A DNA stretch of 64,000 nt from Phoronis australis. Lineage: Eukaryota > Animalia > Phoronida. The stretch spans positions 1 to 64,000 of the forward strand of contig NMRA01000083.1 in assembly GCA_002633005.1 (NCBI GenBank). The letters are read 5' to 3'. Shown piece by piece: positions 10,712 to 24,192 of the stretch; position 1 is the first letter of the stretch, and each line of letters opens with the position of its first letter. A model generated the notes under the pieces. That model had not been told where the DNA came from and did not search any database. It was given only the letters and a program-made list of their open reading frames with translations. A program made the translations under genes and the position numbers.

Positions 10712-11997
10712 AGGCGAAGGCAATCTTTTTTCATGTCCCTTTTAGCAAAAATGAGGTCTGTTGATTATCCCATACATATTTTTCACTTAATTACACCTTT
10801 TCGTAATTTAATTAATTTCTCGTCCTCTACTCCGGAAGTGACGTTTTAGGAGGCAAGAATTTCGCGCCAATTTCTTTTCATACAATCAGACTGTAAGAGC
10901 TGTCAAGTCAGTTATTGTTCTACCTCGGATGTGATAAGTTCGGTCGTCGTTTGCTTTTGTTTACGAGTCAGTCAACATGCCGCACTGTTGTTGTGTACCA
11001 GGATGTAGGCCTACTCATTATAGTTTCACGCGCGCTTTGGATACCTTGCATCGCTTTCCGAAGGATGACACACTTCGCCGTACTTGGCTAACTTGTTCGT
11101 GTGAAGAACGCAGCGCTACCCGTTCACGCAACGTACAGATCATTGGCAAGCATTTTCAGCCGTCAGATTACGACAGAGATATGTACGCTGAATTGATGAA
11201 GGTCCCTGCGAAACAACGCCTGAAGAAGGGTTCCATGCCGTGGCTGTTGATTCCCGGCAGTGCCCCGTCGCTACCCCCGAGAAGAACGTTTTTGAAGCGA
11301 GAAGTCTCGCGAGCTGTGGCCACTATAAACAGTGACTGGAGGCACTTCATCTACTGTCACCCATGCCTCCGAACGTACCCCATAGCGTGCAATTCCCGGA
11401 ACTAGCAGTGATTCCCTGTGTGCTGTTGTCTCTAGCCCAGAGCCTGTAAGCAGCCCTGCAGCGATGTTGAGTTGTTGGAGTGAATACAAGGGCAGTTCGT
11501 CATCCAATGAACAGATCGGTGAGCCTAAGTTTGATTAGTTTATTGTGGACTTGTATTGGAGCTATTGAGAAGGTGCCACGTGTGTGACGAGGGAGACGCA
11601 CGGCGGGATGTAAGCAGTTTGGGTGTTCAAGTCACCATCCACTGGGAGTGTGTCGCGGGACACTCGGGCAAGTGGGACAGTTCTTCCTCTGTACGTGAGA
11701 CGATAATGAGTACACCCCAGTACGCAGCAACAGCGTGGCATGTTGACTGACTCGTAAACAAAAGCAAACGACGACTGAACTTAACACAACCGAGGTAGAA
11801 CAATGACTGACTCGACTGCTCTCATAGTCAGACTGTATGAAAAGAAATTGGAGCGAAATTGTTGCCTCCCAAAACGTCACTTCCGCAGAAGACGACGAGT
11901 AATTAATTAAATTACGAAAAGCTTTAAATAAGTGAAAAAAATATGTCTGGGATAATCAACGAACCCTATTTTTGCAAAAAAAAGGTTGCCTTCGCCT
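10712..11997 (+). mobile_element. Complete Kolobok-like non-autonomous transposon (copy 2)
   Basis: TTAA at 10708-10711 and 11998-12001. Termini AGGCGAAGGCAA...TTGCCTTCGCCT. Imperfect TIRs of ~300 bp. THAP ORF 10977-11405 and a transposase N-terminal remnant (LELLRRCHVC..WECVAGHSGKWDSS). Confidence 0.88.
10977..11405 (+). CDS. THAP-domain ORF inside Kolobok-like element (probably degenerate)
   Basis: MPHCCCVPGC..LHRFPKD..RRTW..GKHFQPSDY..RLKKGSMP follows the THAP pattern. The Cys before the His is lost in this copy. Confidence 0.65.
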   Translation: MPHCCCVPGCRPTHYSFTRALDTLHRFPKDDTLRRTWLTCSCEERSATRSRNVQIIGKHFQPSDYDRDMYAELMKVPAKQRLKKGSMPWLLIPGSAPSLPPRRTFLKREVSRAVATINSDWRHFIYCHPCLRTYPIACNSRN

Positions 11998-12417
11998 TTA
12001 ACGTCTACACGGCAGATCTTATACAAGCAGCAAGTGTAGGTGGAGCTTCACCATACAGCTATGTTGATGACTTGATAGTCGCCAATGAGGCGAACACTCC
12101 AAGTCATGCCGTGGAGGGCCTGCAATCAGCAAGTGATGGTGTGGCCGATTGGACCGAAGACAACAAGATGTCCATCCAACCAGATAAAGGGGAATGGATG
12201 TTAGCCTGACGAGGTTATTTCAACCCAAACATGTTCACCCTGGGATATATGTGAGCCTTGATACCTCAAGTCCCTGAAGTTACCTATCTAGGAATTAAGA
12301 TGGATCGAAGAATGACGATGAACTCCCATGTCGAATTCCTAGCTGAGAAAGGTGCCAAGAGCCTGTCACTGTTGAGATAGATATGAAGCAGCCCAGCAGA
12401 TCCAACAAAAGAGCCTG

Positions 12418-13569
12418 GTGCAGCTCATGAATGCAACTGTCGGCGCAAGAACTGAGTATGGGCTCCATCTGTGCCTATGTGCCTCCCAACAGTCAATGAC
12501 CAAACTACAGAGGATTCAAAACCAGGCCATGAGGATAGTAACCAAGGCAGCTAGACCCACTCCGGCAGACAGTCTCCAATACTGGTTAGGTATCAATAGC
12601 ATCCGTACTAAACGGAAGACACTAGCAGCCCAAGCATTTCTAAAGGCAGCTACAACCAACTCTCATCCTCTGTACCTGGACTTGAGAGAGCATAGTGATG
12701 AGCACACTGCACAGAAGCTGAAAACTGTTCAATCATGGGTTATCGGAGCTAGGGAGCTTGTCGAAGAGGTATGTCCAGTGGACAACATCAACACCATAGA
12801 GTGGTCAAAAGCCACAAACTTTGTCATCAACACCATGGAGATTGGAGGCCGTCATTGGCGGGAAAGAGCTGACTGTATCAACCAAGCTACTGTATTGGAA
12901 TGGCTTGAAGAACAATCTCCCACAATCATTGTTCCAACGGACGGCTCACTAAGAGATGACACTACGGCTTGGGCAGCAGTAACTTGGACTCGCGAGGGTC
13001 AACGCCTCTTGGAATGGTCAACAGCACGGGTTGGAAAATCCTCGTCTTCTAGAGCTGAATGTGAAGCATATGAAAACGCCCTAGTCTGGCTCTCACGGAA
13101 CACAACACCTGCAGACAGATCATTTCTACTTACAGACTCCCTCAGCCTCATTAGCAGGCTAAAAACTGGTCATGTGAAAGATTCCTGGATCCCTCTGTTC
13201 AGCTTTATTAATGGTCTCTTCACCAGTGTTTATATACCAGCACACTGTGGCATCTCATTCAATGTCAAGACCGGTGAGCTTGCAGGCATCGCAGAACCGA
13301 TTGCCGACCTGCTCCTCACACCAGCAGATGTAATCTCCAGAGTGCGTGAATCGCTTACAGATGCCAAGATTGTACAACAGCAGGAGAGATGGGCAACAAA
13401 GCGCCTCATAGAGCGAGGATGGCAATACGGAGATGCAGCAAAAACTCGTATCAGGGGAAAAGATCGAAGAGTGTGCAACCAACACGAACTTGGTTTCATC
13501 TCCAAATTTACATTGCGTGCGATAGTGGAAGGAGGAGGGCCGGAGACTCTCCCGGTGCCTTTCCTCTGA
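12418..13569 (+). pseudogene. LINE ORF2 C-terminal part with RNase H domain
   Basis: 383-aa open frame with KLQRIQNQAMRIVT and RNase H motifs. The last catalytic motif reads NVKTGELA rather than NExAD. The upstream RT has stops and frameshifts. Confidence 0.8.
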
Positions 13570-15527
13570 CGTCACCACAGAAACAGAAACAGAAACAGAG
13601 ACATCGTTCTCAAGCATGCATGCGCCATTGTTTCCTCGATGGAAACGTTTTGCCAAATTTCGTGGAATTTCACCAAAGAAATCTAGTCATAGAAACTGTC
13701 ACCAGGGAACCAGCAGTAGTCGAAGTATCTAAAATATTGACGTCGACTGATTCGATCACCGCAGAAACATGTTTGCAAAAATTAGTGAAGCCCTTTTATG
13801 AGGTCTATGAGATAGAGCTGCATACTGTCCGTAGTCAGGTTCTGTAAAATACGCGATGGTATGTCTTTTCTACCGGCTGTTGCTTAGAAACAAACAAAAT
13901 GCCCATTTTTATTTTCTTAGAGCAAACTGATGAAAAATATTATTGGAAATCACCAGCACTCCGCAAACTGGCCCCCAGAACACCTCAAAAATGGCTAAAA
14001 ACCAAATACACAAAATTGGGCAAAATTTACCAAATTTTGACACTCCAGTGAAGGTTAACGGAAACCTCTTTGAAAATTCAAAGACTGTCTTCTGATTGAG
14101 AGGTTCAATCTTTACATAAACATTATAAAAAGTTTACTTTCCTGTTCTTTTAAGCCGTTTTAAAACAACTTCACTAAGTGAACCTTTTTGAGCCAAAAAT
14201 GAGTTATTTTAGGCGAAAATATTCATGATGCTCTTCCTTAAAAAATAGTGGCCTAAAACTTTCAAATAAGCATTTTGAACATATCCAACCAGGATATATG
14301 AACACACAGTTTTTTGTTCTAAATCTGAGTCGGTGACCCTAGAGTCGACCTTCTGATGCTCTCGTGGAATGACAGTTAATACTTTGGAATTAAAATCTTC
14401 AGAGTTACGGCCCTTCGGAGTAATTACTTGACTACTCTAGTAAAGAAAAATCCAAGTGGTATTAGATGCGTTTTCATGCATGGTGGCGTTAAAATAACGT
14501 AGTGATTCAAAAAAGAGTACTGGTGACAAACGAAAACGCATACAATATTCAGTTCTGCGACACGTGTTACGAATCAAATTCAATTTGTTGTGGTGATTGG
14601 TTGGCTGGCTATTTCAAAAGAGTTTGATTGCAAGTTTCTTGCACTTATTGATTTCGAGTGACATTTATTTGTCAAGAATATTAACAAAACAGCTACAATT
14701 GCTAAATACATTATCGCCTTATAGCAGCGGTATGAATATGTTTTCTTCTACCGGGGTTAAAAATAAATTAATCTCTGTTGCTTCGGTTTTAATTCCTCTA
14801 CTTTAAGTTTCGTTTTTCGTTAACATTAGATTAGGTATGAAATATACATGCGAAATATTCAATAGCTGCAAAAGTAAGATAGCTAAATGTACAGTCGAAG
14901 CACACCTGACGATAAAAATAAAAGTATGCGACTGCTTAACGTTCATAGCAATACCTTCAATACAGGCACGGGGATACAAAGATGCTAAGCTACATAGGGG
15001 CACAGGGTAGCATTACATATAGCTTATGATGCTATGACGTAACACTATCAGCCATATGTATTGTCGTCCTGGGCCGTCTGCACCAGGCAACTTCAGACAC
15101 AACTGCTTAATAAACAGGCGGATATAATGTGCCACATGTTGATGCCCGGCGTTAATTATTCAGTGATGTGTCTTTGTATTGTAAATTCCCTGCATATTCA
15201 GCATTTTATTTTTACATGTCGTTATAACCAGCTGTTGAGTGTACAATTTGGACTACTTGTTTCTGAAAGCCGGGGCGTTCTTTCCGAAAATCATGAAAAT
15301 GAATTCTTTAAATACTACGCGCCGAAATTTTTGTACTCAATGCAGGGTAAAGAATTATCATCAAATAAATATTAAATGTTTGTCACTTTATCCCCGTGGG
15401 TGGGTGGGCACATGTAGTTACCGACCGGTGCTCATAGCTTTCGGTGCGATGATAGACTGAAAACTGGTTTGAGTGATCACTTTATTTATCTCGACCGTCT
15501 ACTCAAAAAAATGTCCAACGTAATGTC

Positions 15528-15770
15528 TGTTTTATGATCCAGCCGGTGCTGCGAAGTACACTCCCAGCTACTGTTACACTCAATAACCTGCTGCCTCTAC
15601 AGCTGGCCTTTTATTGACTGCTGATTTTGGAACTGCTACTCAACTGTAACTTTAAATCGACTCAACTTCAGCCGACTTTAACTGACTTTCAACCAACTGT
15701 CACTAACCCTTGCCTCGGTATTTATAATCTCGTAGAAAGTTCTGGACCTTTTCACCAATTCAAGCACATT
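15528..15770 (-). mobile_element. Possible solo-LTR fragment
   Basis: The minus strand shows TATAAATA, then AATAAA, then a terminal ...AAACA at 15528. The 5' boundary and TSD were not found. Confidence 0.3.
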
Positions 15771-16427
15771 ATGTTGTTATCATTGTAAATTGTTATGAGC
15801 ACTGCTCTGTATTGCACGTTTTTCGTTAAAATGACTTGTAAGCCCATGTGGGAGCCGGATTCATTTGCACTGGTCACTGACGTAGTAAAAAAACAATCAT
15901 TCATATATAGGAGACCGTTCCATTGACTCACACTGCCATTGTTTCAGCAAAATGTTTTCGCGAGGTTTTACACCGCCGGGAAGATTACCAATGCACAGCT
16001 GGTGCTAATATGCTATACAGCCTGTAGGTCTCGCATAATTGGATGCGTTCAACGTGGTTTTGGGTTTTCAGTTTTGTGCATTAGGAAGCGTTTTGCCTTA
16101 TCATGCAAGCAATGATTCGCGTCAAGTGAATAGCAATGCCTACGACACGCCTGAGGTAGAATCACAAAAATAGTCTTCAGATACGAAGTATTTTGTCCTT
16201 GACAACCCAAAATCTACAAGTATGTCTCCTCATAGTCTTGTCAGTTTTCGTTTCAGTTGAGCAATCTTTCTTTCTTGCTACTTAACAAAACAAAAAGCCC
16301 GTAGGTATCGCGGAAGGGAAAAAGTGCGTGATGTTCTGCAGTTTTCCCAGCTTTATCAGTTTCAATGCTGATTTATGAATCACAGCCCAGATTACAAATT
16401 TACGCATACTTAGAATCGCCTTAGTTT

Positions 16428-16529
16428 TTGTAATAATGTACGCAATTTGTATACATATACATATATACTCAAATAATTGTAATAATGTACGCAATTTATA
16501 TACATATATACTCGAATAATTGTAATAAT
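16428..16529. repeat. Short tandem duplication (~43-49-bp unit, ~2.3 copies)
   Basis: TTGTAATAATGTACGCAATTT..TACATATA..CTC.AATAA is repeated. Confidence 0.75.
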
Positions 16530-17699
16530 CACGTAAGTATTCCACAAGACACAGTCGAATTCGAAAACAGTTACACTTTTTATTTCGAGAGTGGTGTAGG
16601 GAAATTGAAGGATATAACCATAGATTAATAAAAACTCCGACATGTGTCAGGATTTTTCCTGCAACGGGCGCTATTGTCCTACGGGCTTTCTGCGCGCCAC
16701 CTGTGAACAGCTGCGGTCGAGTTATCATGCCGCATGCAGATGTCAATGCATAGTATATAAATAATAGAACTTAACATTTTTAGTTTTCTAAATTCAGTTG
16801 CTTCTCTAGTACGCATGTTATCGCTAGACTGCCTCGATCGGAACGAGCGCAATTGAAAAGCACCATAAGTTGAGCAGCTTGTAATGCAACAAAGAAAATA
16901 ATTTAAAGCTGAGAAAGCACAAATACGAAGGGTTTTGGTTGACATGTTTGCTGGAATGTGGAAATGTAGCATGGAAAAAATACAAAGTAACTCTTAGCGT
17001 GACCTATCGTCAGGTTATGGGCTGTTTGGTTTATTTGCTTCGATAACTAAAAATACTTCAACTGTAGCTCGTTTAAATAAGAAATTATCTTAGCATTCGT
17101 AATATATACAAGTTAACTTTGGCACTCCAAGGGCAGGAGTGAGTTATGAGTTATGTTTGTTTACGTTCAACAGATAATGAACAAATCTAACACCGCTATC
17201 GTGGCATGCCTTTGAGAATATCGGTTTGTTAATTATTTCAATTAATGAATTGCACCACGGTGACTGACCTGTAATCGAGCTGTTATGCTTCCGAATGACC
17301 TTAAGAAAACTCAAAACTGCAAAAGACTTCTTTACAACAAGTTATCTGTTGTTTGGAAGACAAGATTACCAAAAGCATTTTCTCCAAAGTAAAACAATTT
17401 TAAACAATATTCATGCATTGAATTCAGTAAGAGGTTATACCAGAAACACGACTTTCTAATGTTGGTTGTAATGCGTGTCCAGGTGAACTACATTGTTTTA
17501 ACAAATGAGGCAACGTGGACCATTTTGAAAAACGGATGTCACTATAATCCTGTGTCATTACATTTCTATTCCAATTTTATCGCACTTCCCTCCCCATTTA
17601 ATGTTGTGAAAAGACCCTCAAGATTTTTAACAAAGCCTGAAATAGAGGAAGATTTAGCAACAATGACCCTTCCCAAATGCACGCGCCAATCCAAATACA

Positions 17700-19300
17700 G
17701 CTGTACTCTGTTTTATTGATTTATTGGTTCAACATGAGAACCTGGAAAACTGGTCCAAGAAATCTGAAGATTTTTAACGACCTTTCTAATACATCAAGCA
17801 ATATACTTGTATCATCAGCATACTGAACAATTTCGTCCTCATTATTGCTAACATAAAGACCTTTCACTTTATCGGGTTTTTTTCTCAACAAAATTTGGAT
17901 AGGTAGCAAAAAGGCAAGGAGATATGGGGTCATCTTAATAACACTAATGTAATAGTGAGGAAAATAGAGACGAAATTCCATAATTAGATCTCACATGTAT
18001 TTGACCCGACATTCAAAATTTCCACACACCTTTCAACATGCTTACCGAAATTAAAGCATCTCATCCTATATATGATTTTCCGAGATAAACTGTCAAAAGC
18101 TTTTTCAAAATCTACCAACATCAGAAGGCCGGATATACTTTATTCTTGAGTGAAGTGTAACACGTCATATATTGATCTTCGCTAATATATGTCTGCCAGC
18201 AAGTAAGATTTTCATGTATCAAATCACGAACAACCCTTTTAAAGGCGAAGGCAACCTTTTTTCATGTCATTTTTAGCAAAAATAACGTTTGTTGATTATT
18301 CCAGACACATTTTTCAGTTAATTACAGCTTTTTGGTACTCTAACAATTACTCGCCCTCTACTCCGGAAGTGACGTTTTGGGAGGAAAGAATTTCGCGCCA
18401 ATTTATTTTTATACAGTCTGACTGTGAGAGTTGCCGAGTTAGTAGTTGTTCTATCTCGGTTGTGATAAGTTCGGTCGTCGTTGCTTTTGTTTACGAGTCA
18501 GTCAACATGCCACATTATTGCTGCGTACCGGGATGTACTCATTATCGTCTCACGGACAGAAGAACAACTGTCCCACTTGCCCGATTGTCCCGCGACACCG
18601 GACTCCCACAGGATAGTGACCTGAGCACACAAACTGCTTACATCCCGCCGTGTGACTCCCTTGCCACACATCTGGCACCTTCTAAATAGCCCCAATACTT
18701 TAGACATATCCAAAGTAAACTTTTCAAAGTTTGGCTCACCGATCTGTTCATTGAACGACGAATTGTCCTGTTCACTGGATGTAAAACTGAGCCTATATTC
18801 ACTCCCACTACTCAACATCGCAGCAGAGCTGCTTACAGGCTCTAAGCGATCATGAGAACATTCCGGTATGCAGCAACAGTGTGGCATGTTGAATGACTCG
18901 TTAACAACAGCAAAAGACGACCGAACTTAAAACAATCGAGGTAAAACAATGACTGACTCGACAGCTCTCATAGTCAGCCTATATAAAAAGAAATTGATGC
19001 AAAATTCTTGCCTCCCAAAACGTCACCTCCCGAGTAGAGAACGAATAATTAATTAGATAACGAAAAGCTATCATTAAGTGAAAAATATGTCTGGGATTAT
19101 CAACGAACCTTATTTTTGCTAAAAATGGCATAAAAAGGTTGCCTTCGCCTTTAAGTTTTTCGGTGATAGGGTCCGATAAAATCCTAAAGCTAATTTTTAA
19201 GTATTGTAAATTGGCCCCCAGTTCTTCAAAAGTTCTTTTTAGACAACTACTTCATCGCACCCTGTAATTGGGTAGATGACAAACTTCTTTTTTCAAAACT
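17700..19300 (-). pseudogene. Decayed L1/Tx1-like LINE RT, interrupted by Kolobok-like copy 3
   Basis: Minus-strand motifs KNWGPI (cf. KNWRPI), LKRVVRDLIHEN across the TTAA site, IYDVLHFT..GLLMLVDFEKAFDSL, and IVQYADDTSILL. Confidence 0.75.
18243..19150 (-). mobile_element. Complete Kolobok-like non-autonomous transposon (copy 3, inverted relative to copy 2, THAP core deleted)
   Basis: TTAA at 18239-18242 and 19151-19154, with the same termini. Minus ORF 18498-18887 jumps from MPHCCCIPEC to LEPVSS..RRCQMC..WESGVAGQSGKWDS. Confidence 0.88.
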
Positions 19301-20719
19301 ACAAATGAAACCGAAATATGAGCCTAAAACTGCACTGACATTTACAATGAACAACACGGCCTGCTTCTTCTAAATACCCATTAATTTATTTCACCCAGAC
19401 ACATGTGCAATAAATTATTGGGCATTTTTGGAATTTGGAATCGGATGATCGCTCAACATATCGTCCAAGATAATTTTACCCAATGTATAATCTTAAGATG
19501 AATGCAAACAGATGTAAAAGTTCACTTTTATCCAAAATTCCATGTTGAGTTACTCATCATTGTCATCAGCTATAATTTGGTAATTATTTATTGGTTATAA
19601 TTATTTATCTTTAAACCACTTCTACCCATCTTGCAATACTTCTAACACTGTTACCCAAATATACGTCGAATCCATTTGAAAACGAGAAGGTGGCGTCATT
19701 TCTCTAATAAAGAGCTATTTGCTAAGTTTTATGAAAATCCCGTTATTAAAGGAACTCCTATCGGAGATATAGATGTAAAGTCGAGTAGTCCTTGTGGTCA
19801 TGTGGAGAACAGTCGTATTAGTCAGGATCCATATTAACCATTTCATCTTGCAATAACGTAGGGCCTCTGGAAGAGGGGGTACTGTGGGGGGGGGGCTATC
19901 GAAAGTAAAACATATCGAAACATGAAGAAGAGAGAAAATTCAAGAGAATATTTGTCCACGAATTCCTCCAACGTCTCCCGGGAAACCCAACGGGTTTCAT
20001 CCAAATTTCATTATCAATAGTACGCTGGTTGTCTGAATGATTCTATCACTAGGTTAGTCGTCAGGGTAGTTTCTGCTCCCGATCAGATTATATCTCATTA
20101 GACAAATCCTACGCTAAATGTACACAAGTGGGCGATAAAACGTGCACTGTTTACCCCACTGTTTTTAAAATTGAAAAGTAACAGCCAAGTAAATAACAGC
20201 TTCCTTTAATTTTTTAAAATCGATTCATTATTAGAAATTCTGTTTCTTCAGCATCGCTGTTAACACACGAGCATTAGTTTTTGAATAGATGAGGCCGACG
20301 AGTTAGTCACACTCTTGCTTAGGATCGCTTACGGGTAACAACACCTCAACTGTTAGCGTACTAGGAGTTACCTCATGTAAATTGAAAGCTTAAAAGCCTC
20401 TAAGCTGTACTTTACATTTTCTTTTTGATACATAAAAACCGATGGAAACCATAAAATCTGAATGGAGGAGTAAAATTTAGACCATGTGGGTTTTTAAATT
20501 TTCAAAATTGGTCAAGTAAACGCGATTTTGTCAACAAAAACCCAAGCCTTGAGCTGTTTATCCTAGCACGGTTTATCAGCTAATTATACTGCATCACTAA
20601 CTCACAATAGAAAAAAATGGGGACAAAACCGGCTGTGATGATGGAACTCAGTTGAAAGGGCATGTTCACCATATTCGGAATAGAAGATGGTTTTCTTTTT
20701 CAGCTGAGTAACAGTGCTA

Positions 20720-20995
20720 TAACTAGAGGAATTCTCTTAATGAAAATGTACTCACGATGTCCACACTGTGTTACCTGATGAAAAAACGACTTCGTAAACT
20801 TGTCACCTCCGGTTACTTCAAACTGGAAAAGAGTTCCGTTGATTCAAACTGTAAAGTTGTTCCGTTGCTTGCGATCTTTAGTTGCGTAAAATAAATCGGT
20901 TTTAGGTAGGAGCGCCCACCACCATCTGCAATTAATTACCACGAATGTGACATTAGCATGCTGCGTTCTCTAGGTTGCATAACACTCTGGCGTCA
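20720..20995. repeat. Unclassified dispersed repeat (second copy ~53450-53725)
   Basis: Both copies share AATTCTCTTAA..TGTACTCAC.ATGTCCACA..GATGAAAAAACGACTTCGTAAAC.TGTCACCT.CGGTTA..GGTTGCATAAC. Confidence 0.75.
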
Positions 20996-21685
20996 GACCT
21001 AAGCTGGCAACGTGGTTATTCGAGAACACTTCGCACTTGTAAAATGGAGCATTGGAGAGCATAATGTACTGTCGGTCTTATTTTCTTCCGGCGAACATGT
21101 TTGATCATTCGCTATAAATGTAGAATGTGCTTTACTGGCCAATTCACCAAGTCCAAACATAGATGAATCTAAAAGCAACAGGTAGTTACTAGGAGAATAA
21201 GGCACAGGCGCAAGAGCAAAGCACAGACGGGGGCTCGATCTCTTTATTTCTGAACCGTCGATTTAAAAATAGCTCAAAGTAATTTTCTCATTTAGTTGCA
21301 AAACTAGTTAACAAAAAAGACAACTGCACAGGGCATTCTTTAAACGCACTCACCCGTGGCCCTGGCTCTATGCCGGGAATATGCTGGCCTCTGATATCTT
21401 TTCAGCTCCAGTCTTAACGCTACTTTCGACAACCTATCAAACTACTTATTAGGAGTTTTTCCACGAGACATCTTTGGGTGTTAAAACATGTTACAGTGAC
21501 TTTTGGTTTCGAATTCTGAGTGTTTGTTGTGAAATTATAAAAGAAAAATTTAGTCCCTACTAACAGGTGTGTTTGAGTAATCTAGGAAAAACTATTGCGT
21601 AGCTAATTGTGCACGTGCATGTGTACAAGTAATTTGTGTTTGTGTGTGTGGGGGGTATGCTTGTGTGTGCTTGTGCATACATGTA

Positions 21686-24192
21686 TCAGGTGTAAAAAAG
21701 TGAGCCACGTTTTGGCAAGTACTTACTCAGCAATTAATTGACCCACCGACTTCGTTCAAAATTTTGGCCATGTATCTTTAGAGTGCCATCAACAAGTCTA
21801 CAAAGTACCTCAGAGAAATATAAAAAATATAGAAGTACTGAGAAATTCAATACACTAGCAAGATGAAAAATGCAATATCCTATAACTTTCATCGTGTTCA
21901 AAAATTGCTTGCCTGGGTCTCAAGTCTATTGTTTTTATTGTCAGATTTGTATCCAAATCAGTTCTGTCCAATATTAAGGTGTGTAAGGATGCCTTAATTG
22001 AATGAAAGTGATAAATTTACTAGTGAAACCTGTTTCAAGGAGAAAGGGTGGGGCGGAAGAAGAATCGTAAGGGAGTTCCCATGAAAAGTGTGGACCAGTG
22101 TCACTGAGAATAGACTCATTGCTGTAACATTTTTGATGAAAAATGTTAAAATTATATAACGATTTACTATAAATCGATGATTAAATTTAAGAACAAATGT
22201 GTTAATTAATATCAGTTAACTATTTTGAAAGTCACAAATATGTTAGAACAGGACTTGTTATTGTAAACAACTTGTTGTGGTAAACTTGAGTATTGCGCAA
22301 TTTCTTCAGAAAAGCTTTAGTTCTGCTAAGTTCTCAGGTCAGTTCTGACAAACAGGATATGATCATCAAAATATGTTTCGGAGTGGTCAACTTTAGGTGG
22401 GTTGATTCTAAGAGACACCCACGCCGATGTACTTATGCCTTGACCAGTGTCCATGTGATGTTTAGTCATATCTTAGAGTATAAATATTTCTGGAGCAAAC
22501 ATAAGCGTCATTCTCAAAAGAAAAAGTTAGGAGACGAGGAAGCTCAGTAACTTTGGAGAATCATAAAGGCAGATCACCGAGTATGTAGAGTTTCAAGGAG
22601 TGTGTTCAGTCACTGACAAGGATCACACTGATACACAAAACAAGAATTGGATGTTCATGCGTGGTTAAGATGAAAGGGGGCAATTTCTGTAAGTCTCATT
22701 AGAGTTTATGAGCTATGAAATGTTCTAGGATATAATATGTTTTAAGATAAATGTTGGTTTGGTAAATGTGATTTAAAGTTCATATACTGAGTCAGTTAGA
22801 TTTGAGTAATTTTGAATAATTTCTTAGAGTGACTATTGTTGACAATTTAATTTAGATTCGGCTTTACATAATATTGTCATTTATTTAGAGTATTTTGTGT
22901 ATTTTCATACATTTACAGTTCTCACACGGTTCTCACACGGTTCTCACAAGGATTCAAAGTTTTCACTGAGGTTCCAAGTGGAATTAGTAAATAAAATCAT
23001 CCCGTCAAACTCGGACTTTGATTTTGTCTGTCCAACGCAGAACATTACAATTGCTAAAATACGCAACACAGAGTCTGTTGCGCGTAAAAGTAGCAGTGGG
23101 AGACCAGAGACTGCGTGATCGAAAGAAAACGAGGATCGTGTTGATGCAATCCCAGGAGGACACGCCGGTGAATAACACATCGGTGAAAGAAGTCGTAAGC
23201 GATTTACAAGTGAGCAAGTCTTCTGTGCAAAGAATGACGAAAAAACTTGAGCTAAAACCCTTCAAAAGAATGTCGGTATTATAGAAATATTAAAATGTTT
23301 GAAGGAAAAGAAAAACTCGATACAGATACTTGCATGACAGCTATCCAGCCACTGATGTGAAAAGAATCATTTTCACTGATGAAAAAAATTACGCTAGAAA
23401 TCGCTAAAAATCGCCAAAACGATCGTGTTTATGGGAAACAAAAACGAGAAAATCAACCTTCACGACTCTATCATGAGAATTCCATATTTTCCGAAAAAAG
23501 TAATGGTTTCCGCTGGAGTATCTTGGGGAAGGAAAAACAATTCTTCATTTTATTGACACTGATAGCGCCAAAGTTAACAGACAGAGCTACATGCAGTTAT
23601 TGGGTGAAAATCTTCTCCCGGATTGCAGGCGACTCGTTTATCCTGGAAAGTTACTAGTTTCAGCAAGATGGGGCTCCTTAACACATGATCAAAATAACCC
23701 ACTGACAGGCTCATCTGTAGGAGTCCACACCAAAAGTGATCAAAAAGGATGATTGGCCTACGCTCAGTCCTGACTGCAGACCAATGTACTGTACCATATG
23801 GGACTCTGAATAAGAAAGTTTACCGGGAAATGAGGGACAAATTGACTTAGCAGGAGTTAAAAGACAGAATAATTATTGCACGGGAGGAAATCTGATGAAA
23901 GAAATGCGGAAAAGCATTTCAGTGGTTGGAAGAAACGGCTCCGTTTAGTCGTGGAGGAAAATAGAGGCCACATTGAGCATAGACTGAAATAAGCGAGCTT
24001 TCCTATTTGATACTTTATTTCTTGACGCTTTAAATTTCACAGTACTCGCACAATTGGACACAACCTCTTTAATATTTTACACATTGGTTAATAATATCCT
24101 ATAGTTCATCGGCAAGAATTTTTTTTAAAATCAATTTATCTGTTGCTGAGAAATTAATTGTCAAAAAGTGGCTCGCTTTTTGGGACACCTGA
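21686..24192 (+). mobile_element. Tc1/mariner-superfamily transposon (DD37D/maT-like), decayed
   Basis: TA flanks at 21684-85 and 24193-94. Imperfect ~50-bp TIRs TCAGGTGT..AAAAAG(T/C)GAGCCAC..CTCAGCAA. Contains a transposase pseudogene. Confidence 0.85.
22930..23992 (+). pseudogene. Tc1/mariner transposase pseudogene
   Basis: Across frameshifts: SGRP, LQVSKSSVQRMTKKLELKPFK, IIFTDEK, NRQNDRVY, KVMVSAGVS, FQQDGAP, DDWPTLSPD. Confidence 0.85.

Larger units (their letters stand above)
10545..13603 (+). mobile_element. 5'-truncated RNase H-containing LINE (I-group-like), interrupted by a Kolobok-like insertion
   Basis: RT motifs GLPQVFPLSSVLF|NVYTADL (rejoined across the insertion), SYVDDL and TYLGIKMDRRM. 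RNase H TDGS..AECEA..LTDSLS..IPAHCG. (ACAGAA)n tail at 13577-13603. Confidence 0.88.
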
